NCBI GenBank assembly: GCA_964247055.1
Contig: OZ176053.1
Coordinates: 2,294,001-2,358,000, forward strand
Source: Paragordius varius
Lineage: Eukaryota; Animalia; Nematomorpha
Reading direction: 5' to 3'
Length of the DNA stretch: 64,000 bases
Below, one piece after another: positions 39,801 to 52,155 of this stretch. Numbering within the stretch: the first letter of the stretch is position 1; the number at the start of each line of letters is the position of its first letter. The position numbers were made by a program, and so were the translations under genes. The notes below the pieces were generated by a model. The model searched no databases and was not told the origin of the DNA. It was given only the letters and a program-made list of their open reading frames with translations.

Positions 39801-42666
39801 TATCGTCTTCATTTAATTTTAAGGGTAAAACTAAAGCTTTTTTATATAAATTACAACTAACATTGATAGAAATAGAAAAAGCGGTTTATTTTGTATTATT
39901 TTTTAATTTTACAATTTGACACATGTCACGTTGGCTAAATTTTTACCTTTCGGTTTTAGCTTTAAATAATTAATATCAAATATTTTTGAATAAATTTTTT
40001 TATATACTTCGGTTTATCAATGTTATATAAGTGCAAGATTTTGCCATGGTTTCGATTCCTTCCATATTTTTTATAGAATTTAATTTTAAACAGGCCTGGG
40101 GTATTTAACTACCCCAATTTGAATCGAAGTACAAAAATGAATGTGTTGTATCCAAGTGTTAAGATGAGATTATGAAAAAATTTTGGTTATAGGCTTGAAA
40201 AAATGGTATATCTAATTTGTGATATATACTAAATGATTTACTACCTATTCGTATCTACAATAGTGAATATTTCAATATCGTTATACCGCGTAGATGAAAG
40301 CAGCTTGTTGATGAGTTTTAGGAATAATTTATAGTTTTCGCTCCTTTTTTTGGTACTAAACATTAACTATTAAATGACTTTCCAAGGGCTTTAGGTAAAC
40401 TGCTCTCTAACCACCCATCCATTTATGCATTAAATTAATTGATTGTTCCTAACAGGCTGTCCAATAGAGGGGACCAGTATCGAGCCTAGACATTTCTTAA
40501 GATTTAAACCTTCGAAAGGTAACACCAAGGTTATTGAGAGATAAATGCCACCAGCCATCTAAATAAATAAAAAATGGTGTTAACGCGTTTAAATTTAATG
40601 TGATAATTGCTAGGTCGAGCCTAAAATGAAGTTTGATATTCCGGCTTAAAAAAGATTGAACAACCCAATTTCACACCTCTTAAAATGGACAAAACCTATC
40701 ATCATAAGATTTAGTTGTATTAAAATCACCAATTATATTTCCATTGCCATTATTTGTTATTATAATAAAATAAATTATCAAGCTTTTTCAGAGTATAACT
40801 TCTGCGATTCCCATGCCGCCTTATCATGTAGCATTTATTTAATACAAAAGTAGCATTTTAGCTTTAATTTTTTTATGTTAACAATTATTTTAGTAACACC
40901 GAATTTGTATCCAAAAATAAACTTCACTCATTCTAAACATAATGGTTATCGAATTATTTTTCTTTTTTAAGACGGAAAACAGTTTCTCGCTAATTTTGAA
41001 AATTTGAACATAAAAAAAACGAAAATTTTATGATAAAAACAACATACCATTATTCTGGATTGGGTATATACAATTTACAGTTCAAATTCACCCTCGAACA
41101 ATTCAAATTCACGCTAAAAATAAATTATGTGTTTTCGAATTAATGTAATTCATTATTAATATGAAATATATCTTTATGGCATAGTTTATTATTTTTTCAG
41201 TATTATTTTAATTTGAAACAAAATTTTTATTTTTTAAAAATATATGAAATTTATGTTAAAAAAATATATATTTATTTAAGGGTATATTTGAACTATTCAG
41301 AGGGTGAAATTAAATTGTAAATAGTTTATATAGTTAGCGCTCTGGTCTTAAAATGAAAATGGTAATTCTAAATATTGGTAGTGAAAAGGAATATGGTATA
41401 TTACATTTATGCAACACAAATTTTTTCTGATAATATATCAATGTCCATCGATTTGTTTGTCGTTATTGAAACCTTTATTTGCAAGGTGAATAAATCACAT
41501 AAGAAATTGCTTTTATTTGGTGATTTCCGAATTTTTCGCGGTCCGCATGTTGGATTTATAGTAATAACCAATGCAAAATGATTTGTAATTTTAACGTATA
41601 ATTTAGACCTAAACTTGTCACATTATAGGTTGGTGGCTTAAAATCAAGCCCATCTTTTCCATGCCGCCCTCAACCAAAAATTAAAACACCAAATTTAAAT
41701 TGCGGCCAGTAAAAAGCTTTTTTCCCGATTAATTTGGATATTTATTGTGTATTGTTGTAATTAGAAAGGAGTTAATGAATTCCAATAAATCGGGGTGGGT
41801 TTAATTAAATTTATTCATTCATATCAAGCCAAAATGTGCAAATATTATTAAAACATAGTTGCATTATTATTTTTTCTTGTGCACAATGACATTTTTGGGG
41901 TAGTTTTATATCCCAAAGCTTAATCTTCTAAATAAACCACTGTTTCGAAAATTGTGTTAGTTAAATTTAATGGTCAAACATTGTTCTTTTGTATTAGATA
42001 AAAACTTAGGTTTTTGCAGCTTTTTAACTCATGGAATTTGAAATTTCGCAGCTTTTTACATGGAATTTAAAATTGGAACAGCTCCAAAACACGGTTGAAT
42101 AATCAGCTGATTTTTAAAATTGATAAATATAATGTTTTTACTAGTAAAATGTAAATTGAAAGCTTTACAAAGTTAATTTTTTGCATTTTTTAACTATAAT
42201 ATACATTTAGTTGCCTGTTGAATTAACAAGTAAAAAAAATTATACAAAAAATGGCGGTCCGAAAAGTTTAAGAGGTGGATATTTTACATTTTTAAATTTT
42301 GTTCTAAAACATTTGCCTAAAAAGCTGAGCAAAGCATATTTTTTAATATGGCCTCATACCTTAAATATTTTTTAAGATATTCAAATATCAAATCGTTTTG
42401 GGATATAAAACTGCCCCAAAAGGTAATGTCAAATTATATGTTATCTAATATTAATCTACATAAATACAAAATTATACATATAGGAAATAGTAATTTCCCA
42501 AACAAATTTTCCGAATAAATTTTACCCAATTCAAGCAATGATTAGGAAAAATTGTTAAAATGTTTAAAATCTAATTAAATATTTGTTATTGCCTGCCCAT
42601 ACATGTTGCATATCCGGTCTATAAAGCCATTTGTGTAGGGGATATCCCTACTCTACTTTATAATGC

Positions 42667-42697
<31 letters not shown>

Positions 42698-45600
42698 ATA
42701 TTATCATTATTCATCTTGACAGGATAATACATTTTATAGCCATTATGAGATGGCATTTGTTGTGCACATGGTTAAGGTTATGTTAATTTCTCCACCCCAA
42801 AAAGTATTTACTTTTACACACTTGAATCGACAAGAACTATCAACTCAAAGTAATGTACACCATGAAATAAACGATAATAATAATGGAAACGTGGAAAATG
42901 CCATAAATCATGCGTTGGAAATAAATGTTTTGTCCCAAAAAGTTATATTTTAGTTATATACAGTTACTACTCAAATTTACTCTTACCAATTCAAATTCGC
43001 CCTTGGACAATTCAAATTTACCCTTGAACAATATACCCTAAAGATAAATTAAATATTTTCGGGCTAATATAACTTATCATTAATATTAAATATTTCTTTA
43101 TGACATAGTATATTATTTTTCTAGTTATATTTCATAAACGAAATTTTATTTAAAATATAACAAAATATAAGAAATTTTTAATATTTTAAATATTTTATGG
43201 TGAATTTGAATTGTTTAAGGGTGTTGAGGTAAGTATATATATATAGATATATATTAATAAAATTAATATTTTTTTGTTTTAAAACAATAAAAATCAAGAT
43301 TAACCGTAATGCAATACACTCTTATTCGGGGGTATTAGTATTTAAGTTCAATATTTGTTTTGTCCTCTAAATTTTTGTTGAAAATATTAAAATTCGCCTG
43401 GGTCTTATTTTTCTTCTATATATATATTTCATTTACATCAAAATTTTTGATTACCATTTTTCTTTTAATATTAATCGCCACACTACCTATTAAATTGGCT
43501 TTTATTTTTATAATTACAACTCTTCAAGGTATCCCTTTTGTCTTTAAAAATTAATTTTACGCTTTAACGCCTCAAAAATTTATTTATTTATTATATCACC
43601 TTTATATCACCTTTATACGCTATTTTCTCCTTTCAAAGGAGGTAAGCGTGTTAGAGTTTTCCATTTGTTTCTATCTTGAGCTTGTTCGATATCGATACTG
43701 AGGGAATCTAGGTCTTCTTGAATGGTGGATTGCCAGGTTTTATACGGCCTTCCTTTTTTGTTTTTATTATTGGTTGAATAAGACTGTATGAGCTTGATCC
43801 AGTTTGTGTCTTGCGCTCTGTAGATGTGACCAGCCCAACGCAAACGGTATTCCCGGATAGCTGTATTAATTGGTTTAATTTTTAGAGTTTGATAGGGGAA
43901 AAATTTGGCTTGGAAATTGTATATGTTAGGGTTATGTGCGAAAAGAATGGCGTTTAGGATCTTTTGCTCACCCTTTTGCAGTAATAGTAGATTTGATTTA
44001 GTCATAGGCCATGTTTCCGTACCATATAGTATAGCAGGACGTATAGCCGTCATAAAAATTTTTGCCTTTGAGCTGAGTAAAACGTATTATTATTTATTTA
44101 TTATAGAATTAGTTTTTAGCAATTTAATAACTTTAACATCTACTTTACTTTTTTAAATATATAAATCAACCGAATTAAAATTCCTTTATCATAATTAAAA
44201 TGATTAATAAATCTTTGGCACAAAGTATGTTTTAAAATCTAAAAAAAGAAAAATTTACAATAATAATAATTAGCTTTCTTTTTTGAATCTCTTTATTGTT
44301 CGAAATAGTTTTAGCTAAAATACTTAATTTTATTCTATTATTTCATATTATGGGTTGGGTCTAATTAGAGTTTATTCATTATTTTAAACAACCCCTAAAA
44401 AAGCTTTTAATACGCGTAATATAAATTTAATAAAATGGTAAACCTAAATGTGATATATATATATATATATATATATATAATTGGAGAATTTTAACATATA
44501 TTTGATTGTTAATTGCTATATTACGCTGCTTGGGGGGGGGGTATAAAAATATCTTGATAAAATATATATATGTAATTTGATAGATATAGGAGTATCATAG
44601 TGCTTTTGGTTTAGGGGCTTCGAGGGATAAATAAAGTTATTAGCACTTTTGTAGTTATCGCTCATCAAAAAATGGCAAAATTGCATATTACATAAAAACC
44701 AAATGCTATATTTCAAATTATTAAAATATATTATAAAATATAGTATTAAGCAAATCATTATTTTTATAAACTTTAATTTTTAGATGTGGTGGCTTTGAAA
44801 CGGTTTGCCTCTCTAAAAGATTTTGTATCTTGTTTTAATGTAATCTAGATTACATGGCATCGATCAAATTTTCGCACAAAAGCATATTTTGTTTAAAAAT
44901 TTATTGTTTACTGAGGTATTGTGGAAACAGTCTAGCACCGCTTTAAGATGTTTTACAAACACCTTTTCTTTATAATTTGATTATACTGAACATTTATCAT
45001 CACCTTAGAATTTTGATAAATATACTTTCGTCTTTAAATTTATGTAAATTGTTTTTTTTACAAATCACCCATATTTCAAACATAGCTAATGAACCATTAA
45101 CTTACAATTTTAGTAGGTTATGGTAATGTTCAGCTTCATGGAATTATATATTAAAAGTATTTTTTAATATCAAGCGTTTTTACACCGTTTCGATCATTAT
45201 TCTTAAAAATAGTATGAAATAACAAATTGTTAGTTATAAATAATTTTGAGCTTGCTATATATTTATTTTTCGGAAAAATAGTAAACTATATCCCGTAATC
45301 TTGGCATTTTTGCGATTTAAAGGGGAGCTAATTTGAGATTTTGGAGGCCACACCTTGCTTTATATATATATATATAGTTTATCTGATATTTTTTGGAAAA
45401 TTAAACATTTAACATTCACCAAATAAGTTTATATCGCAAAATATGCGAAAATTTTGCCATTTCCTTATACGAAGAGTTTCGTAGCCACAAAAGTCGTAAA
45501 CCTCTCGTTGTACAAAAAATAGATGTCTTTTTGTAGTTTTTACACCCTATATCTATATACTTTTATTTTTTACTGTGATATTTTTACCCATTTCAAAAAG

Positions 45601-46843
45601 CAAACTCACCCTATTTATGAAACATAGATATAGTGGGGTTGATAAACGGTTAATTAAACATATTTTTTTCGTTTTTCAAAATAGAATGAAGATTTTACGT
45701 ATTCCACCTTATACCAGGAATGTAAATTTGAAAAAGCCAACACTGAATGCATTTGCCATGGTTTTGCTGGATTTTTTGATTGTATCCTATACAAAACAGT
45801 GAAATTAAGTAAGTTTTTTAAAGTTTTTTATTGTATTGAAAACAAAATGTAAAATACTAATTATAATATTTTTTCCTATATATCCTACCTATATGGACAC
45901 AATTGTTAAAATATAAAATAGAGTGTTTTAAAATCTCTATTTCGTATTTTAGGATGGATTCCAATTTAGGACTAAAAGTAGTTTTAGAAAAAAATTATTT
46001 GTCTTTTACGTTTTACCTTTTGTTTTGTATTTTACCATATTAATTTTGACTGTATTAATATTTTTTGATAGATAAAGAATTTGTAATTTTTATATCACAT
46101 TTTTTCCTGTAACATAATCACGTAATGATCATAAAATTTTTATTGATATATATGCTTTATTCCCATAACTTTACTACAACAAGTGTGTTAAATTATTTTT
46201 TATATAAGGTATTGTGCCTGAAACTCATACGCCAGATATGTTTAGTTGGTTTCCCATATATTTTCCCATAAAAGTAATAAAATAGGAGGAATATACGTTT
46301 TTTTTTACATTTTTATATATGAATACTTTTAATAGCTTAAATCTTCTTTGAATGTGATTTTCTCTCGAAATATACCATTTACAGTTCAAATTCACCCTTG
46401 AACAATTCACCCTAAAAATAAATTGTGTTTTCGAACTAAAATAAATCATTATTAATAATAAATATATCTTTATGGCATAGTTTATTATTTTTTCGGTATT
46501 AGTTTAATTTAAAACAAATTTTTTTATTTTTTAAAAATATTGGTAATTTTTAATCTAAAAACATATATATATATTATTTGAGGGTGAATTTAAATTTCTT
46601 AAGGGATGGTTTGGCATACTTATTTTTTTTTCACTTTGAAAAAATTGGATTTTTTTTATAAAAATAATTTATTAATATATGTATATATAGGACCCACAGA
46701 CTATACGCCATGGGGATGAAATTGGCTTAAGTATATGGCGATGCAGGAATAAATATGCTGTATGGTATGAATGGTGTCTGACAGAACCTTACGCAAGCTA
46801 TATACATAATGTTCAGGGACGTAGTTATTCTATAAGTTTGTGA
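30821..46843 (+). CDS. PRMT5: Protein arginine N-methyltransferase 5; 17 exons: 30821-30873, 30899-31010, 31034-31233, 31266-31384, 31466-31671, 32625-32732, 33198-33269, 33334-33411, 33626-33687, 33753-33875, 34069-34219, 37224-37440, 38234-38340, 42723-42941, 45685-45808, 46209-46273, 46691-46843
   Basis: Motifs in order: FDFL, WLCEPIK...[26 protein letters not shown]...[79 protein letters not shown]...VWYEW...[12 protein letters not shown]. An in-frame ATG also exists at 30803. The exon-12 acceptor is the least certain junction. Confidence 0.93.
32807..33160. mobile_element. MITE family A (TIR TACCATTTACA, internal 21-bp CAATTCAAATTCACCCTTGAA repeats), in PRMT5 intron 6
   Basis: Termini TATCATTTACAATT / CTGTAAATGGTA and five or more 21-bp repeats. 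Other copies at about 34285-34530, 37951-38214, 41066-41328, 42957-43236, 46371-46618, 53744-54044, 60384-60606, 62527-62764 and 63709-63957. Confidence 0.8.
34581..37029. mobile_element. PIF/Harbinger-like palindromic element with ~815-bp inverted arms, in PRMT5 intron 11
   Basis: Ends GACTGATGTGAAT / ATTCACATCAGTC flanked by AAA on both sides (possible 3-bp TSD). Arms ~34581-35397 and ~36198-37029 are near-identical reverse complements. Subterminal 8-nt (YRGTAAGA)n arrays. A Myb/SANT-like ORF lies in the loop. Confidence 0.8.
35463..36159 (-). pseudogene. Myb/SANT-like DNA-binding accessory protein of Harbinger type, degraded
   Basis: [11 protein letters not shown]...[31 protein letters not shown]...EKKLYSLL fits the MSANTD/Harbinger Myb pattern (W...L.K.W.N.K...K.....TG..P). 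An acidic downstream part carries an in-frame stop. Confidence 0.72.
39580..40162. mobile_element. Second copy of the TTAA-bounded ~585-bp element
   Basis: Collinear reverse complement of 1472-2057 across its length. Confidence 0.72.
41887..42431. mobile_element. MITE family C (TIR ~TGACATTACCTTTTGGGGTAGTTTTATATCCC)
   Basis: Inverted ends TTTTGGGGTAGTTTTATATCCCAAA / TTTGGGATATAAAACTGCCCCAAAA. Related copies at ~3061-3534, ~715, ~2825 and ~3590-3830. Confidence 0.65.
43580..44060 (-). mobile_element. 5'-truncated RTE-clade non-LTR retrotransposon, antisense in PRMT5 intron 14
   Basis: ORF 43613-44053 carries RTE C-terminal motifs ([33 protein letters not shown]), followed by a short tandem tail (ATAAAGGTGAT)2 and A-rich sequence. 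Confidence 0.88.
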
Positions 46844-47469
46844 TAAAATAAATTGGATTAAATCATTTTTCTTGTACTAATCATGGGAGGAAATTTTGAA
46901 AATTTTTTTTACCTGTAAAATAATAAATGATCAAGTTTTTATTTATCCTGAATATCTATTTTTAGTTGTAAAAATAATATTTATATATTTAGTGCAAAAG
47001 GCATAGCGGGCACACATTTTTTACTCAAGAAATATATATCGGCATTCATTAAATAATTTATTAGGTTTCACACGTAAAACTGTAAACTGACAATATCAAT
47101 GTTTTTACTATAGTTTGTCAGGGTAGACTTAGAGCCAAAAAAATTTAAAATATATCAATTTTACTAAGATTTTGTGAGCATATTTTACAAATTATGGGTT
47201 TATTTCGGGGGGGGGGGGTATTGGACACTCCGCTTTAGTGTATTATTATAACAGGAGACACCACCATAATTAAAGAGGTCGTTGTTTGCCCAACAATTGT
47301 TAGCTTACAAACTTTTTGAGCGAAATAACTTGCGATCGAGACAGTAGTCTTTGTAAGAATCGATTGTACAAAATTCAATTACAAAATATATAATTCTACC
47401 CCCTTAAAAATCCAATAGTTTAGAGTTTTTTGTTTCCTTTTTTTTTAAAGGGTAAGGACTTAAATTGTA

Positions 47470-47590
47470 TCCAATTTTGTCAAGGCTGCCCAGGGCTGAC
47501 ATTGATGATGGAAAAATTGCATAGTTTCGGGGTTTGAACTAAGGCACGGAGTGTAAGAGTCCGGCGCCCTACCTACTATACCATCACGCC
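47470..47590 (-). mobile_element. tRNA(Lys)-derived SINE head or tRNA pseudogene
   Basis: GGCGTGATGGTATAGTAGGTAGGGCGCCGGACTCTTACACTCCGTGCCTTAGTTCAAACCCC has A-box and B-box-like motifs and a CTCTTA anticodon loop like tRNA-Lys(CTT), but the acceptor stem does not pair. Confidence 0.5.
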
Positions 47591-48048
47591 TTTATTGTGT
47601 AATTAAATAAAAAAGGAAACTATTCAGATATTTATTGCATTGATATAATATAACTCTTTTGGTATATATTCATATAAAAAACACCAATTTTGAAAGTGTA
47701 TTTTGGACATGATTAAATATTATGATAATACTAATATATTTAATGTGTGGTATGGTGACATACAAATAAATATAATATTAAGTATTTACAAGCTTAAGTT
47801 ATTTCATAAATAAAGCATTTGAACGAAAAAAAGATCACATTTTAAAAGAGTTTCATTAAAACATTTTTTTGAATACATAATAACTTTACAAGCCAAAATA
47901 AATTTTAACTAATATAAATTATTAGAGAATACAAGTAAATAATTAGCTCTCGTTAAATAAATATATAAAACTTAAGTTTGCAATCCAAAATATTTGTAAA
48001 AAAAGTCGTGTTAATTTTGCTTTTCCATTTCTTTCCCTCCTCTCTCAT

Positions 48049-50157
48049 CTATGGTAATGGGACATTAACTGTAAGTAAGCCCTGTCCTGGATTATAAGAG
48101 CTTGAAATCGAATCCAGATAAACACCTTCAGGGATTGAGAATTCTTTGCTACATTCACGCCAAACCGATTTCCCACCCGTGTTTTCCTTGTGTTCTGCCC
48201 TAATAACTACCTTGTTATCTCTCGTAACTTTAACGTTAATATCCGATGCGTCATAATCATTGGGTGAAATTTCATATCTTAGTTTCATAACTTTGCGTCC
48301 GGTGTGTGGATCCGTTTCCGTTACGCGAGATTCCGTTTGTTGCCTGTTAATCCATTGATCACTCGATGGAGGAACGGGCGAACTAGATGATAACGGTCTC
48401 TCATCCAAATTCGTAAAATGGTGACTCTCCTCATGATGTGAAGGTGGGGACGCTGTCGGTCCGCTCCCTCCCGTCGTTGAAGAAGTCGTAGTCGTGGTCG
48501 TTTTTTTGCTCGATTTGTAGGAACTCAGCTTTTTGATCGTTTCTCCACCACCAGTTCTGGGACTAGTCTCATAAACGGTTTGAATGGGTGTCGAACTTCT
48601 AGGAGGCGCTTGGGGCGGTTCATGTTGATATTCCGTCCCAATATGTATTTCGCGTACATTTGAATGCGGACTCGGGCCTCTTGGTATTTCGCGGCCACTT
48701 TCATCTACAACGACGACTTTGCGAACCGGTGTACTATCTCGACTAGTGCTTGTTTTGATAGTTATAGTAGCGCCCGGACCAAGATTACCTAATAAATTGG
48801 TGTTGGATTTGTAAATGCATTGTATGTGACAAAATAAAAATTACATAATGGTCTATTAATTTTCCATTTTCAAATTAAAAAATATAAACTCCGTCCTGTG
48901 GCTTAAATTTTTTGTTTATAATTGAATCGATAAAATTTTATCATTTTTTAAGATAGATATAAATTTTTAAACGTATTATTATTCAATATTTTGGCTGTTC
49001 GGTGTAATTGAAATATGTTAAAACAATCATAAATCTATTAAAATAAAAAATGTTTGTTAATAACTTTTAAAAATTCAAATTTTTTATAACGGACGATTTT
49101 TATTACACGTATAATACTAATCGTTTTTATATAATCACTTATATTATAAATTAAGTTCCGATCGATTAGTTAAAATAATTATATTAATATCCGGTTAAAA
49201 GCTCTGTTATTAATTAAAAGAATTCGGCCGTTCGGAAAATAAGAATATTATTTTTTAAAACTGCAATGCCTGTTAAAAAATTGGTTAGATTTAATTTTTT
49301 TAGATGGAGAATAAATTTTTATAAAAATATGAATAATCCAGTTATCTGATGCGACAGAAGTTACCATTGCTGATACATTAAAACTTCTAACTCTTTTTAT
49401 TCATTTTGAATGCAATCTGGCATTAGAGTAAAAATTTAAATCATACAGACGAAACAAATATTTAAATACAATTTTTTCTTATTTATTTAAACCTTGATTT
49501 TTCCTATATAAATTATTTAATAAAATTTTTAAAATATATATAATTGATTATACTAATATACATGTTTATTTAAAATTGCAATCAAAACATAAGTTACATT
49601 GAAAAAATTCAATTTTAAAAAAATACAGCTGTCTTTATAGTCTTCATTTTACGTTTTGTCCGTAAAATTTCGTTTTTTTAAGGTACAACTATGTTATGTA
49701 TATAAATAATACCTCTATAAATTTCTTCCATATTACTAGAGGTTGGTGAAGACGTTCTTACAGTGGTCGTAGGATAGTTCCCACTCTGTGATGGAACATG
49801 ATGTTCCTGAACTATACGGGTCGTAGTTGTTCCAGGTTGTTCCACCTTTTTCGTTTCGGTCGTTTTAGTCGATTTGTGATACGAGGAACTGGAATGCATC
49901 TTTGAGCTCGCCGCTTTCTTATCTGTGTTATTACTGCCGGCCCCTGTATTTCCTTCCATTTCCCTCCGTAAACGTTCCATCTCAGCTTCCATGCGTTTCA
50001 ACTCAGCATCCATGTTGGGAGATGATTCTCCAGTCGAACTATTTGAATCAAACGTTGCAGTATGATGGTGAGATGATGTCGAGGGTCCAGCACCCCCTCC
50101 CCTAACTTCACTACTGTTTATTAGGACAGTTTCGACTGGGATTCGTACTTCAGCCAT
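48049..50157 (-). CDS. Large small-heat-shock protein (~394 aa, one C-terminal alpha-crystallin domain); 2 exons: 50157-49713, 48788-48049
   Basis: Phase-1 junction ...EEIYR G|GNLGPG gives an uninterrupted frame. C-terminus KLRYEISPNDYDASDINVKVTRDNKVVIRAEHKE...RECSKEFSIPEGV...ISSSYNPGQGLLTVNVP fits the HSP20/alpha-crystallin pattern. GC is clearly above the background. Confidence 0.88.
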
Positions 50158-51205
50158 TTACTTACTTTGTAGTTAGTAGTTGAGTCTGTTGATTAAAATA
50201 ATAAATTTATCTATTTATAATATTTCGAATCGGTTGTGTCGTAAAACAACAAGACGAAGCGCGTAGGTTAATTATGTAGGTAAGGAGCCAAATTTGAGGC
50301 GGTATATAATTAAAAATTCTTAGCAAAAAAAAAAGTTTAGAAATGAAAGGTAGAATAAAGAATGATTTATTAGAATATATGAATGATTATAGTGAATGGT
50401 CCTGGGGGAAAAACTATATAGTTAAAAAGCCAAATATTATAAAGGTGAGATATATGTTAACACTTCACAGGCCTAAATTTTGCTAAAATATTTGAAATAC
50501 GAGGAAGCTATAAATTAATAGCTTTTATATTATTGTAAAAGGTTTTTTGGATGATTTTTGGTAATATAAATCTAAAAGATAAAAATTTTTGTAATAAAAT
50601 TAAATGGCGCTGTTGTTAATAATAATTGTAGGTTTGCAATTAAAAAACAACCATTGCTTTCTCATTATCTAATCTATACTGTTTTTATTGACATTTGAAC
50701 GAACGAAACAGCTAAAATATTATCATTCAAAACACTATATATAAAAATCACCATACAATATCCAATCAATATTTAAATTTATCGATAATTTTTGTATATT
50801 TAATATCTGTTGAAATTACTCACGTATTATACTTTATTAGTCATAATAAGAATGAATTTATTTTGTATTTCCATTAAATATGATAATTCATGCAAATTTT
50901 ATCAGAATATAACTCGCGCTGATAAATTTATAAATTTCTTAATGTGTAAATTACAGGTTAATATTAATATTAAATTGATGTGGTCACTGTGAAGTCAGTT
51001 GCATCAATCGCAATAAATATGTTAAAAATGAAATTTAATAATTTGATAATTTACTTTTTCCTAAAAATAAGTTTATTAAATTGCTTCTCGTGTTGGCAAA
51101 TGGCTAAAAAAAGCTTTAACATAAATTACAAAAAACTGAGTGGTTTCCTACAAATAAAAATTAGTTGATTTACTTAAGGTTAACGGTCAAATAATTTTTG
51201 GGTTT

Positions 51206-51456
51206 CAGAGGCATAGCTAGCATTTCTAGCGCCCGATTCCATGCAACCCATTGCATTTAAAAAATAATCAAATTCAAACCGTAAGCGGAAAGGAGAATTT
51301 TGATCACGATTGAAGGTATGACCACTTATAGATGGGTAATTTTTTATGTATTAAAAATAATAACTTTTAAATATTATTTTTTTTGAAAAAAATTAAAAAT
51401 AAAATCCGTTTAAATATGGCGCCCATCAGCACCCCTTCCCCCAAACTACGCCATTA
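51206..51456. mobile_element. Degenerate GGCGTAGC-type (hAT-like) MITE
   Basis: CAGAGGCATAGCTAG...GCGCCC at the left end and GCGCCC...CCCCCAAACTACGCCATT at the right end; no TSD recognised. Confidence 0.45.
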
Positions 51457-52121
51457 AGTTTTTATTGGTGTGAATAATTTAATTAAAATTCCTGAAAAAT
51501 AGTTAATCCTACCTCATGAAAAATATACATAATATTCAATTACCAGAAAAACGAATGATTTCAAGTTCAATAGTATGTGTGTGTTTTTGTGTGCGCAGTT
51601 TCGTTCCAACAAATAATGATTAAAATCGAACACAAAAAAAATATAATAAAAAAAAGCTTAAATTTTTTTTGTATATACTAATATTATGTAGTATTTGAAT
51701 AATCCGGTTTAATGTATGATAAAAAATATTTAATGTATGCTCTATGCAACGTCAAGAAATCGAAACCTTATATTTTTTTATATTGGTTAACAAAATATAT
51801 AAATTGGAAAGATTACAAAACAATTGATTTGAGAAGACACACACTGGTTCATTAATACTTATCATTTATATCGTTAATTTTCGCAAACTGTGATTAATAC
51901 TTTTATTGATTAAATTTTTTTTGAGAAAAAAAAACCGTTTTTAATGATATATTAACAATTCGGATTTTATGAAATGATAATTTATTTATTATGTATAATT
52001 TAATTTTGTAACAAAACTCTATGTTATTTTATTTTTCTTTTTTGAGATATATCACTATTTTGTTTAAATAAACACATGGATCGAAAATTATTTTCGATAA
52101 TGATTTTTGCGGGTACATAGA

Positions 52122-52155
<34 letters not shown>

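Noticed and set aside
49902-50105. Plus-strand 67-aa ORF
   Set aside because: Antisense shadow of sHSP exon 1.
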